Positions 25,113-36,961 of a stretch of 60,000 nt of DNA are shown piece after piece. The translations under genes and the position numbers were made by a program. The DNA lies in assembly GCA_013239625.1 (NCBI GenBank), contig MU053431.1, positions 1,578,485 to 1,638,484 on the forward strand. Direction: 5' to 3'. Under the pieces are notes generated by a model that was not told where the DNA came from, did no database searches, and saw nothing but the letters and a program-made list of their open reading frames with translations. Numbering within the stretch: the stretch's first letter is position 1; every line of letters starts with the position of its first letter. The DNA comes from Lama guanicoe. Its lineage: Eukaryota.

Positions 25113-28100
25113 CTGGTGTGGAGAGGACAGGGCAGCCCTTGGCTCTGGCCTTGTGTGCAAGGGGCCCCAATCCAGACTTGCACTTGACGCTGGTAAAGGA
25201 TGGGGCTGGGAACCCCAAGGTCAAGAGGAACCTGTGCGGGGATGCCTGGTCCTGAGGCACCCCTGGTTCCCAGGCTTTATTCCAGCTCCCTGGGGCCCGT
25301 TACGTCCGGTGGGGGGCCAGATGGGACAGGGAAAACAAAGAAGGAGGTGGTCTCGGCTGGAGACCAGCCTCAGCCTGGTCCCACGGGGTCAGGGTGGGTG
25401 GAGCAGGAAATACCCTGAGTCAGTCCCATCACTGCTGACAAGGGGTGGTCCCCGCGCCCCCTGCCTGTCTGTCCCTGGCCGTGGCTGCCCCCACAGAGGT
25501 GGGCACCGGCTGTCTCCAGGCCTGCCCTTGGCCCAGGGCCGTTCTCTGGAGAGGGGTGGTTGTGAGCCGACAGGGCCCGCGCTGCGAGCGGCTGGGAGGC
25601 GGGTCACGCCTCGTCCTGTGCCGGGCACTCGTGCCTGGGCTGCCCGTGAAGTGGCCCCGAGAGGAAGCAGAAACAGAATTCGTACCCTGGGCACAGGCAA
25701 CACCTTGGACCCTTCGCCCACAACGGGGTCTTTGCTGCTGCCCTTGGCCCCCGTGGGCTTCCCTGGGAGCGCACAGTGGGACTGACGCATGTGTGGTTCT
25801 GCCTGGTCCCCCTCATCAGCCCTAGGACAGAGGCTGGGACAGACCCTCCTCTAGATACTCAGGTCCCCAGGAGGAGCAGCCCTGTGACCCCTTCATCCCA
25901 TCGGCCCTGCCCCATGTCCTTCCTGACCACTACGAGGGTCAGCAGCCCCCAGAGGGCGGGGTGACCTCTTGCTTTGCTCTTGCTGCCTTCCCCTGCCTGG
26001 TGTCCCCAGCTGGTGCCTGCCAGCCCGAGCCCAGCCTCTTGGAAGGTCCCAGCCCCCACAGTGTCCCGTCCCTGGGAGCCAGCTGCAGCCCAAACCCTCA
26101 GCTCAGTGGAACGCTGCCCTTTGGTTTATGGCTGTTTTCCCTTTTTCTGGGACCTTTGCACTGGGATCCCCACGCACCCCGCATGTAGCAAACATCCCCA
26201 GGGATGTTAACCCCACTGCCCCGCCTACGGTGCTGGGACCTGGGCCACCCTTTCTTGACCTGTTCTTAACTGACCCAGAGCCTGGGCCTGTGTGGTCTGG
26301 ACCCTACAGCCCCCGTGGCTCCCCAGTGGCCCCCAACCTGGCTCCCTGGCCAGTGGGCTGAAGGAGGCCAGATCGGAGCCCGAGGAGGCAGGTGGCCTCT
26401 GAATTCCCTTGGAGACACTGCTGTCCTAGCCAGTAGGTCTCTGGGGACTGACTGCTCCCAGATTTGTGCTGGACCCTGTCTGCAGGGGTGGCCATGCCAG
26501 GAGCTGACAGGACCCCACTGGGGACAGTCTGAGGACAGGGCAGACCAGAGCTCCAGCTGGAGTGTGAGGGTAGGGAGGTGGGAGACGAGGCACTGGGCGA
26601 GGGTCTGCAGGGGAGCAAACGTGCAGAGCCTGGAGGAACGGTGAGTGATCCCTGTTGGACCCTAGGGAGCCTCAGGGCTCTTGTGCGGAGGGCTGGTCCC
26701 AGCGGAACACACAGTGGGCCTGCCGCCTGAGGCAGGGCTGCTGGGGTGGGGCAAGTGGGGGCGATGGCAGGGGCTGCTGCCCACCTGCCTGGTGGCCAGG
26801 ACAGAGGTGGTCCGGGCACCAACTCTCAGTGGCTCCAGGGGAGACCCTCTCTTTCCATGTTTCCTTTTCTTGCCTGTAGCTGGATTTAACTGTAAAAAGC
26901 AATAAATTACAAATCTGGAAAAACATCCCTCTCCCCACAAAGGACGAGGCTGTCCCCAGATGACTAACGGCTCTGAATTAACATTATTGAGTATTTATAA
27001 CTTCCGCTGAACAGAACTTACAGATGTTCCTGGGAAATCCTGCCTGCCCTCGGGGTATTTTTAGAGCCTATTGTCCATCCTGACGAGGTTCTTCTAGCTG
27101 CGTCTTGGCTGCGGAGGGAGCGTGAGACTCGTCAGCGTGTAGAGAAAGGCGAGGGTGCCCACCCCCCTCAGTACAGGCCTGGAGTGGGCCCTGGACCCCT
27201 TTGGCCCTTGGCTCGCCCAGGACTGGTCTTTACTGAACACCTGTTTATGCCCATCCCCGAGCTGGGAGCGAGGGGAGGTGGGAGGGGCGAGATGTTGAGA
27301 GCCCCCGCCTTGTCAGGGGAGCAAGTGTGTGTGAGGCTCCAGGGAAGGCTGGTGGAGTGGCTGAGCCTCAGGGAGGGGCCGAGTAGGGCTGAGGCCAAGG
27401 CTTCCCCAACGGGGGAGTGGTGGAGGGGGCGGCGAGGGGGCAGTGGAGCAGGCCAAGATGTCCCAAGGATCTGAGAGCAGCCTTCTCTCCTCCTGGGTCC
27501 CCAGGGGCTGCATCTCCCTTTGAAGATCTGCGGGGAGGACCCGGGAAGGGGCTCTTTCTGCCCTGGAGTGGGGCCGGGGCGAGCTGTTCTGGCCTGCTGG
27601 CCTGGGGAGGCGTTGGTGGGTAAGAGAGCTAGAGGCAGGTTATGGGTTTGGCCTCTGTTTTCTCTGGTGTCAGAAACGCTGCAAGTTCCTCGTAAACCCC
27701 TGCAGGACAAGGAGGGAAGCAGCCGAGGCTCTCTCGGGCCAGGTGGCGGGTGGCACTGGCTGGGCCACTCCTGCCTTCACAGCCGGCTCTCGGGCTCTGC
27801 AGACCAGGGATGGGGTGCAGGGCAGGGAGGCGGGGTGCAGAGTGGGGGGACGGGGCACAGGGCAGGGGGACTAGGCATGGGGCAGCTGAGTGCTCGCCCC
27901 TGCCCCAGACCCCGTCCCTGCCCCTGTTCAGATGCGGACGGACCCGGATCCCGGCCAGAGTGGTTCCGGAGCCAGACTGGGTCATGGAGCCCAGTGCCTG
28001 CCCTCCGCCAGCCCGGTTAGTGCTGGCCTCTCTGCCTGTCCGAGACCTGCCTGTGCTGTGCCTGGAGCTGTGGACCGCCTGGTGGACCTGAGGGATGGGG

Positions 28101-30084
28101 CTGGGGAGCCTGTTGCCACCCTGAGACTCTGTGGGGCTGCTGCTCTGGACCTGGCTCTGAATTCTTTAAGGGCCCCCGTGAAGGGCTGGTGCTCTAAGTG
28201 TCTCTTGGCCTTGGAGTGCGGAGATGTGCTTCATGTGAGTATTTAATGTCCCCTCTCATTCATAAAATAAACAAGGGAGATTTATCTGCAAGTGGCTGTG
28301 AACCCTCGCAGGCGCTCAGGGAGTCCCGGGACCACAGTGCAGGGAACTGCTTGGAACGTGACCAGGGCGATGTGCAGGCCGGAAGCGGATGGACCCAACG
28401 TTTCAGTTAGGAAGGTTAACGGGGCTGGGCTGGCGTATCGTCAATCTTTCCCCAGAAAACCCTGGCGTGGCCTCGAGGAGAACCGCCCGATCGTCAGTTC
28501 AGCGGCGCCACATGCGGGCTCCGGGCGTGCCTGATTTAAGGAGGCGGCCGTAGTCAGGGCTTTCTGGGACTAGTTTAAAAGCTTCAGAAAAACTCATTAT
28601 CCTCTCTCCCTACCGCTGGACTGTGACTTCACGCTCTGGGCTCTGCGATGAGGGACTCGCAGGAGCTCGCGTGCGGTGACTGCCCCCCACCCCATCCTTC
28701 TGGAACCCAGCAGGGAGTCACTGAGGGGGGCCCCCCAACTGTTCATCTACGCTGGTTTTGTCCCCACGTGTCAGGATGGACTTCCAGGCTCGGCTGAGAA
28801 CATCACACCACCCACTGTGACTGGAACCAAGGGCCAGTCTGCCACCCCAGCCCGTAGTTCCCCTTCTATCCCCCTTCCCCAAGCCCTTGTCCCCAACAGT
28901 GAGAAATGGGCCAGTGGGCGCCAGGTTCAAGCTGAGGATGGTCACCAATCCTCTGTGAAGATGCCACCCCCAAACTATCTGAGCCCAGAACTGTCTGTCC
29001 CCATCCTGCCCCGTCATGGCCTCACTCCTTTCTCCCCACACAGGTGGGCGGCCTCCTCCCCCCTCCCCACCCCATGCACATGGACGGCCTGCTGTAGGTG
29101 TCCCCGGGCACCCGGGGTCAAGATCACAGGCCCCGCCCATGGCCTTGCTCGGAGGTCTCCTGCATGCTGAAGAGCCAAGAAGCGCCAGAGCAGAACTTGG
29201 AAGTTGTGTAATCTCGAACCACTTGGCACGTCCCACACACAGGAGACGCGACTCGGAAGCAATTAGCTCAGAGGTCAGCCGGAGCCCTCAGAGCACACTG
29301 GGGCCTCCTGCTCTCCCCTCCGGAGTCACTTTCAAGTTGCTGGGAACCAGAATTTGGCAGACTCAGCCTGGCCGGTGTCCATGGGCCTTCTGGGCGAGGC
29401 CTGCCCGCCATGTGGCACCCTGTGCACATGTGGCTCCACAGGGCCCCCAGATGGCCCCTTCCTTTCCCGGTCCCTCCAGCTCTGCCCAGCCCCCGACCCA
29501 GGATAGGCTCAGGGTCTCAGCCGCCTGAACCTGCCCTGGCGATGGGGACCTCAGAGAGCGAAGGCCGGTGGCCTGGGGGGAGCGAGACTGCAGCCCCACA
29601 TCCTCTCCCCACCCTGAGGGCAGGCAGGCAGGTCCCGGGCTGTGGTTCCTGGAGTCCCTTGCCTGCGTGCACAGGGCCCTGATGGTGTGGAGGGGGAAAG
29701 CCGGCTTCCACGCCTCGGGCCAGGACCGCCTCTGAGCATACTGGGTGCTGGAGGTCCTGTGGGGTCAGCCTGGGCTGAGCCATGGCCTGAAGGGGCACCA
29801 GCTGGTTCCTCCTCTCCCTGCTCTGCCCAGGCGTCTGGGAGCACGGCCTCCGTGAATCCCCCCACCAAATCCTTCTCTGGGGACGTGCTTCTGGGGACCC
29901 CAACTCATCCGGGCCCCCTGGGGACCCCCTCACCCACTTTGTCCCCGTCCCTGGCACCCTTGGCAGGACTAAGAGCCTTGGAAGGGTGATGGAAGGTACT
30001 TGGAGCCCACCACTACCCGGGTGGGTGGACGTGTCCGGAGGGGGGGCTGGTCAGTCCCCCCCCCAACTGGTCAGCAGGGGTCAG

Positions 30085-30225
30085 GCACACGGTTCATTCA
30101 CACATTTATTCCACCTTCACTTAGTGTCGGCCTGGCACTGGCTTCATCGCTGGGCGAGGCGGAGGGGGGCCAAGGCGGGGCTGGATGAGGCCCCTGTCCT
30201 CAGGGAAGCTGTTTTCTAGTGAGTG
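30085..30225 (-). mobile_element. L2 3'-end fragment
   Basis: ttcattcacacatttatt...ggcactg...ggcccctgtcctcagggaagctgttttctagtg. Confidence 0.55.
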
Positions 30226-32184
30226 AGACTGAGAGAGCTTGGGAGCATTCAGATCTGTGGTTACAGGATGGACAAGTACCGGGACGGCCCCCAGGAAGTG
30301 CAGGGGAGAAACACCGTCCAGTAGGGGGTGGCACTGCTTGAAGTGGTGTGGACCAGCAGGGCCCCCGGGACCGTTAAGCCGAGGATGGACGGGTGGGAAG
30401 GGACCAGACAGGGGAAGAGCCATCACTGCCAAAGAGGAGGCACAGGCAGGCCGGCGCAGTGACCAGCACCTCCCTCTGCTCGAGGCCTTGTCGGTGGAGA
30501 GATGCAGGTGTGTTGTGGCCTGTTCTCCAGGACGACCAGGCCCCCAGGGGGCCCCAGGTGGTCCCCACCTGTCCTGGAACCCACCCCAACTCCCCCTCCC
30601 ACACAGCCTCCCTCAAGACACCCCTGCACGAGGAGGCAGAGACGTTGGTGGGCGGGGCTGGCCATGGAGATCCCATGCATGGCGTCTGTGTTGCCTCCTT
30701 TGTGGTTATGAAAGCTGACTTGAAGAAGATTTGGGGGAAAAAGTTTAGAGTAAGTTGTAATTGTCAGATACTTTTAAGAGCTCTGACCTTTAAAGGTTCC
30801 CCACACACATCCCCTCGCTCATTTAATGGATCCCTCTTGTTGGTCATCTAGGCTGTCTCCGTGGTGGCTCTGCCTGGAGGAGGCCTGTGGATTCTGACCT
30901 CCTGGTGCTGCCCAAGAAAGACTGTGGAGGGGGTGGTATCAGAGGGTCTTGGCCCCTGAGTGCCACGTCACCGGTTAGGTGAACAGGAGAAAGGCACCAC
31001 ATGTGCGCGGTCAGAGGGAATGGCACGTGCAGAGCCCCAGAGGTGTGATGCGTTTGGATGCTGGTAAGGGCCCCTGTACCCAAGAGTGCACGCAGGTGCC
31101 AAGAGAAGGGGCCCCAGAGGCCAGGAGGCAGTCATGGCTGGGCCATCTGTGCCGTTGCTGGGGCAGTGCATGGGCCCGAGTGTTTGGAAGTGAAGGAGAA
31201 GCAGGCCCAGATACGCATCATGGAAAGTCTGAGCTCCGGGCCAAGCAGAGGGGTGGGGGATGGGCTGTAGCAATAACTGGGTGGGAGGGCGTGGACGGGG
31301 AGGAGGGCCCAACTGGGGCTTTTCCGGAGAAGGGTCTGGCGGGGTAAGGGGTAGGTCTCAGGGGGTGGAACACCCGTTGGGGAGGTCCCCGGGCCATTCC
31401 GTGCAGGAGCTGAACTTCTCCTTGGCCCGCTGGCTCCTTGGCAGCGGAGAAGGAAGGCTATTGGCCGGAGAAGGAAAAGTCCAGATTCCTCAGTGCGTCC
31501 TGCCCCAGAGTCCAGTGTGGAGGCCTGCTGAGGCCTCCCGTCACCCCCAGCCTCCTCCCTCCCCCAGGCCCTAGCGCGGCCAGACGCCGTCCACCAGCGG
31601 TGCCGAGAACCCTTTATCAGATAATAAATAAGGCGGCTGGAGCCGTCCGTGTCAACATCTTGGCGGGCTTCACAGGGCATTGTGTGTGGGGGGGGCTGCC
31701 CACCATGGCTTCCACGTGGCCCTCGAGGGCCGGCCACCCCCACCCCAGCTCCAGTGGGGCTGCGGGGCTCGCCCTCACCGGCCCCCTCCTTGGAGCTGGT
31801 TCAGCCCCTGAGGAGACGTGTGTGGGGAGGACGGGGCACCTTGGGGCCTGCAGCCTCACAGCCTCGGTGGGTGCTGGGCCCTCCGACATCCTTTCTCGTC
31901 TGCTGAATGGGGGGTCCTTGCGGGGGCTGGGACCCGGGAGCCTGGTCATCCTCTTCCTGAGTGCCCGTCCACACACCCTGGAGGATGACCACCCCTGAAC
32001 TGCCGTGAGCTGCCCACTGTTTTGTGACGGAGGAGAGGGGGGGGCTGCCAGCGCGTCACCCCTTCCCTGAGGCTGCTGTCCCGCGTGCTTGGCGGCAGAG
32101 CGGCCTGTCTGTGATGACGCTGACAGCAGCACCTGGTCCTCTCTAAGAAATGCCCCTATTCGGTCAAATACGAAGCTGTGGGGC

Positions 32185-32300
32185 GGGGAGGGTACAGCTT
32201 GGTGGCAGAGCGCGTGCTTAGCAGGCACCAGGTCCTGGGGTCAATCCCCAGCACCTCCATCAAACAAACAAATACGTAAACCTAATTACTGCCCCCAGAG
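32185..32300 (+). mobile_element. tRNA-Ala-derived SINE (Vic-1 type), diverged
   Basis: ggggagggtacagcttggtggcagagcgcgtgcttagca...ggtcctggggtcaatccccagcacctccat...aaacctaattac. Confidence 0.88.
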
Positions 32301-34049
32301 AACACAGCATCAGCAAGCTGGTGGCCTGCGTTGCTCCCCCACAGAACAATTTTCTCTTTTTAATAAGCACGTTACATTTTTCAGACAAGCGCCTTCGAGA
32401 ACTGACATCCATTTTTCAAAGAGCCATTTTTTTTCGGGAGCCAAGGGAAAAGTAACCCTAGCCCCAGCCCCACTGGGAAGCTCTCGGGTCCGGGCACAGC
32501 TGGACGGGGCGGCGGCCGGGCCGCCCTGAGTGGTTGAGTGGGTGCCAGCGGCTCATGGGATGCTTTCGGCCTCCCTGCTGGGATCTGGAGGGAAGCGACA
32601 GGTGAAGGGCTTTAAGTGGGAGGAGAGGGTGCTCGGCCAACAGTTTTGGATCAAGAAACCCCAGCCGAGGGGACCCTGGGTGTCTCCCCACTTCTATGCC
32701 ATGTGCTCAGTTTTCCGACTTCACCGGCTGGTCTTCCCCCTTCCCCAGGCGCCCAGGACAGAGCCCAGTGGGGGCTCGATGGACACTTCCCACAGATGGA
32801 GGGGACCGTTGCAGGATGGAGGGGCTATGGCACCCCTTCCCTGGGCTCCCTGGACATCTGCTTTAGCTCAAAAGATGAGGAAAATGAGGTGTGGGCAGCC
32901 AGGCAGTGCAGATGAACTGGCCTTTCTTTCCATCCTGTCGTCTGATAAGCGGCCTGGGGCTGCCCACACCCCCCAGCCTCCCCGCTCATCCGGTTGTTTA
33001 CGGCTGGCCTGCGGGGCAGAGCCGCGGGGAGGGCTGGCGGGAGGAAGAGCTGCAGGAAGGGGGTGCCAGGCAGCTATATTAAGGCTCCAGGTCCTGACAG
33101 CTTCCGGGCCCCGAAGAGCCATTGGGGAGAAATGCTTAAATTTAGCAGCTTTGCCCAAAGCTCCTCATGTCCAGAGGAGGGGCTCACCCCCTCTCGCCCA
33201 GGGCACGTCCTAAAAAATGACAAAAATGGAGGAAGAGATGACATCTTCCTTCCCTCTTTGTCAAGTACCCCCCTGGGGACCTCTCTGCAAGGGCCAGGCG
33301 CCTAGCCCCTCCTCCCATCCACCCTGCCTGTTCTGCCCGCGCGTCGTGGATGCCTCCAGGTCCCTGCGGAGCCACATGCCACGTCTCAGGTGCCTGTTTT
33401 TCTCATCAGGGAAGAGGGGGAACAGCACCTGCCCCTTGGAGGGAACAGCAGGGATGCTGGACCACGAGGCTCTGCGCCTGCCCAGAGGAGGGGCGCTCCC
33501 AACCCCGACATGGTTCTCACCAGGCACCCCCCACCAGGCTCTCCCCGCCACCTCGCTTTGCTTCTCCTCCCCTCCCCCTCCCGAGAAGGGCTGGGCTAGC
33601 CTTGCCTTTGAGAGGTCCGGGGGTGCCTGGCGGGGCAGCAGCTCTGGGTGGGGGACCCGCGGATGTCACCCCAACTTGTTCCTCTCCAGCCAGTGACTCG
33701 GTCTCCTGCTCAGCTCGGGGCCCCGACACCCCGTCACGAGCCCTGAGGACAACGGGTGGGAAGGGGCTCTGTCCCCCCAGCTGGGTGACAACATATCCTC
33801 TCTGTGCCTCAGTTTCCTCACCTGCAAGTCCCCTGGGAAGCTGTGGAGACGAGACAGCGGCGGGCTCTTTTCCACAACAGCGGCCTCAAGTCTGAGCCAC
33901 CAGGCACATCCACCCACAGGCACAGCCGTCACAGGCCCCTCTATCCCCATCTCTCCCATCCAGCCCGCTTTTGAAAGACCAGGTTGTGATCGCAGACAGA
34001 CCCTGTCCCCAAGGCGTTTCCTCTGCTGCCTGGCCCTGGCCGCGTGGTT

Positions 34050-35394
34050 CCTGGCGTGGCTGCTGCAGGGCCCTGAGGGCAGGTGACCATGCGGTTTCCC
34101 CAGCTCCGGCCACCACGAAACTGGCCCCAGGCCCTGAGTGCCTGCATTTAACTTGCCCCTCAGCTCATCCAGATCTGGGCGGTCCGTGCTGCAGCCTCTG
34201 TATGGGAGGGAGGGTGGGGGTGCCCCACTCTGTGTGGGAGGGAGGCTGGGGGTGCCCCATCAGCCAGGGACCAGGGCACCGAGGCTCGTGTCCACTTCTT
34301 ATGGACGCCCAGGTGGTGAGAGGTGGACAGTTCCCTGTACAAAATTTTGAATCAAATTGGGAGTTAGGGGGAGAAAGCTTTCAATTAGGCTTCACACAAA
34401 ACAAGAAAGATTCCAGGTTTCTGGCTTCCAAGGAAAAATCAGGTCTTTTTGGTGAAGGGCAGCAACTGGGCATAAGTGATGCGTGGCCCTTCTGCAGGGC
34501 ACGCCCCACTCCTCGCCACTCCCTACTGCCTCTCTGCCATCAAGCTGTTAGCAGCCATTTACCAGCTCCCTGGGGTAGAGCCGCCTCCAGCCAGGATGCC
34601 AACAAATTTATCATCCAACCCTGGGAGGGGACGGCTTTTGTCGTGAAAGGGGGTGATAGTAATGATTCTCCGGGGACAGTCGCAGACAAGCCAGGCCATG
34701 TGGTCACTCCACCACAGCCCCGAGAGTGCCTGTGTGCGTTAGAACAGAGGCCCAGGTACTTTACTCTTCAGAAATGGTCTCAAGACACAGACTCAGTCGG
34801 AACAAGGCCCTTTACTGCCCCCTCTGGGATAACTGTCCAAATAAATACAAGTCTACAATGATGACTATGTGAACGCTCCCCCCTGGGGTGGCGTCCCGGT
34901 ACAGTGCACGGCCTGCACGTCTGTCCCTGGCAGTCCTGTGCTCCGAGGAGTCCACGTCTGGCTGCTCCCCTCATCAGTGCTGCCTGCTTGGCCTCAGTCC
35001 TCTTACTTGTGGCCCTGGTTTTACAACAGGAAGTTGGGGTGTCTAACTGCTGCAGCCTGTAAACGTGATGATGGCGAGTGTTGACAATGGAATTCACGCA
35101 GGTGGTGGTGCCCCGGTCAGCCTTGGCTGGAGTGGCCGGTGTGGTCTAGAGCCTCTCGCAACATCTGGGGATCCTTTGCTGTCCAGGGGGGGCTCAAGCC
35201 CTTCCCCTACCAGCCTTCCTTCTGCTCTGGGGCCAGACTGCCGTCTGCACAAAAGGCCTCGGGCCGCCATGTTGAGGGGCGCCCAGCGCCTCTGGGCCCG
35301 GCTGGCTCCAGTCTCTTCTGGCAGTGGACCTGGAGGTCTCTCTGCTGCGCTGGAGTGAAGCGGCAGCGCGGTGGGTTCGGTGGGTGCCGGAGAC
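34050..35394 (-). other. GATA5: GATA5 3' UTR (3' end not determinable)
   Basis: Follows the stop codon. The extent is assumed from a typical orthologue UTR length; no canonical AATAAA was seen. Confidence 0.45.
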
Positions 35395-35550
35395 CTAGGC
35401 TAAGGCCAGAGCACACCAGGCCTCCTGGCGCAGGGCCCCGCCGAGGCCAGGCTGGGGGCCCAGGGCTGCAGAAGGCAAGGCAAAGTCCTCTTGCTCGAAT
35501 TTGAACTCCAAGTGGCTGGGGGCCAGGGGGTCGTCCACCGGCCCGGACAC
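35395..35550 (-). CDS. GATA5: GATA5 last coding exon (exon 7) including the TAG stop
   Basis: [27 protein letters not shown]...[12 protein letters not shown], the typical GATA5 C-terminus. Acceptor ccctgcag|. Joined CDS is 1215 nt (404 aa). Confidence 0.95.
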   Translation of the reverse strand: MSGPVDDPLAPSHLEFKFEQEDFALPSAALGPQPGLGGALRQEAWCALALA

Positions 35551-35896
35551 CTGCAGGGAGGACAGGGCACACGTGAGCATCAGATCAGGAACAGCGGGCC
35601 AGCCGCACGGGGGTTCGGGAGCCCTCAGGACGGGGTGATTTGCTCTAACGGGCCTCCTTCATCCCTGGAATGGGGCGGAGACCCCTCCTGAGGGTCGACG
35701 TGGAACACATGCAGGGCTCTCCGCTGGTGCTGGCCACTGGTCAGCTCTGGTTCTAGCGACCAGCTGTGGGTCCAGCCCCGAGCTCCCGAGAGGGTCCTAC
35801 AGGGGCTCTGACCTGGCCAGGGAGTCAGGGTTCCCCGAGGAGGTGTCTGGGAGCCAGCTCCAGGCACCCCACCCTCCCCTACCACATCCACCTTAC

Positions 35897-36024
35897 CTGG
35901 GAGGTGACACTGGGACCGGGGTGTGAAGGGGATCTCAGGCTGGGCTTGGGTTTCAGAGTGGCCACTGAGACCTCCGGGTCAGGGATAGAGGTTGGTGGGG
36001 AGGCTGCAGTGACCCCCGTGGACC
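35897..36024 (-). CDS. GATA5: GATA5 exon 6
   Basis: GSTGVTAASPPTSIPDPEVSVATLKPKPSLRSPSHPGPSVTSQ. Acceptor ccttccctcccag|, donor CAG|gtaagg. 128 nt; phases match the flanking exons. Confidence 0.9.
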
Positions 36025-36330
36025 CTGGGAGGGAAGGTAGGGTGTTTACAGAAGCCACCAGGTCTGGCTGCACTGGTCACACAGTGAGGGAGGGGCTGGG
36101 TGTGGCTTCCTTCACCAGACCTCCCGCCCCACTGCTGGCTCCCGCCAGCTGGAGCCGTCCCAGGGCAGGGGGGTCACGTGTCCTTCTGGGGGTGACACTC
36201 GCACCAAACACGTGAATGTCTAATGGTGGAATGTGAGACACTCAGGGATTCCACAGGGAGGATGTGTGCCCCACGGGAGAGGCGGGGGGCTGGGCTCCCT
36301 CCCGCGTCTCGGCCGCCCCAGCCCGTGCAC

Positions 36331-36418
36331 CTGAGGAGCCCCTGGTCTTGGCCACGTTCTTCGGCTTCCGTTTCCGCGTCTGGATGCTCTCCTTCTTCAT
36401 GGCCAGGGGCCGCGGCAC
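36331..36418 (-). CDS. GATA5: GATA5 exon 5, basic region / NLS
   Basis: [29 protein letters not shown]. Acceptor ccctgccag|, donor CAG|gtgcac. 88 nt. Confidence 0.94.
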
Positions 36419-36835
36419 CTGGCAGGGTGGGCAGGTGGTGGGTGTCTGGGATCTCTCTCTGCTCACCCTGGGGCCTCTTGCGTGGCTGCCTGCCCTGATC
36501 TTGGCCCTGCAGAGCCGGTCACTCCCGCAGCCCTGTTTGGGCAGCTGCCGCCCTGGGCTTGACGCTTGTCCCGGGCAGGGTAAGGGGGAGCCCGTCCCAC
36601 CCCAGTCTCCCAGGGCCAGAGGGGCCAGGAGGGCTCTGGGGGTGCAGGGAGGCAAGACTGAGGGGTCCAGCCTCTGCCCGAGGCTGAACGGCTGTGGACG
36701 AGCCAGTGACACCAGGGCCTCAGCGAGCCCACCTGCACAGTGGGCCTGACAGTGACACGCAGGTGGGCTGCGGGCACGCACCCAGCCTGGTCGACCGCCC
36801 CCGGCCCCTCAGCCCCTGCACGCCGGCCCGCTCAC

Positions 36836-36961
36836 CCCGTGCAGCTTCGTGTAGAGCCCGCAGGCGTTGCACACCGGCTCGCCGTCCGCGTTGCGCCGCC
36901 ACAGCGTGGTGTGCGTGGTGTGGCAGTTGGTGCAGCAGAGGCCGGCCCGGCGGGACGAGGA
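36836..36961 (-). CDS. GATA5: GATA5 exon 4, C-terminal GATA zinc finger
   Basis: Hand translation [42 protein letters not shown]. Acceptor gtccacag|, donor GGG|gtgagc. 126 nt, phase 0. Confidence 0.97.

Noticed and set aside
33971..34861. 296-aa ORF antisense to the GATA5 3' UTR
   Set aside because: Non-ATG start and no recognisable homology or domain.
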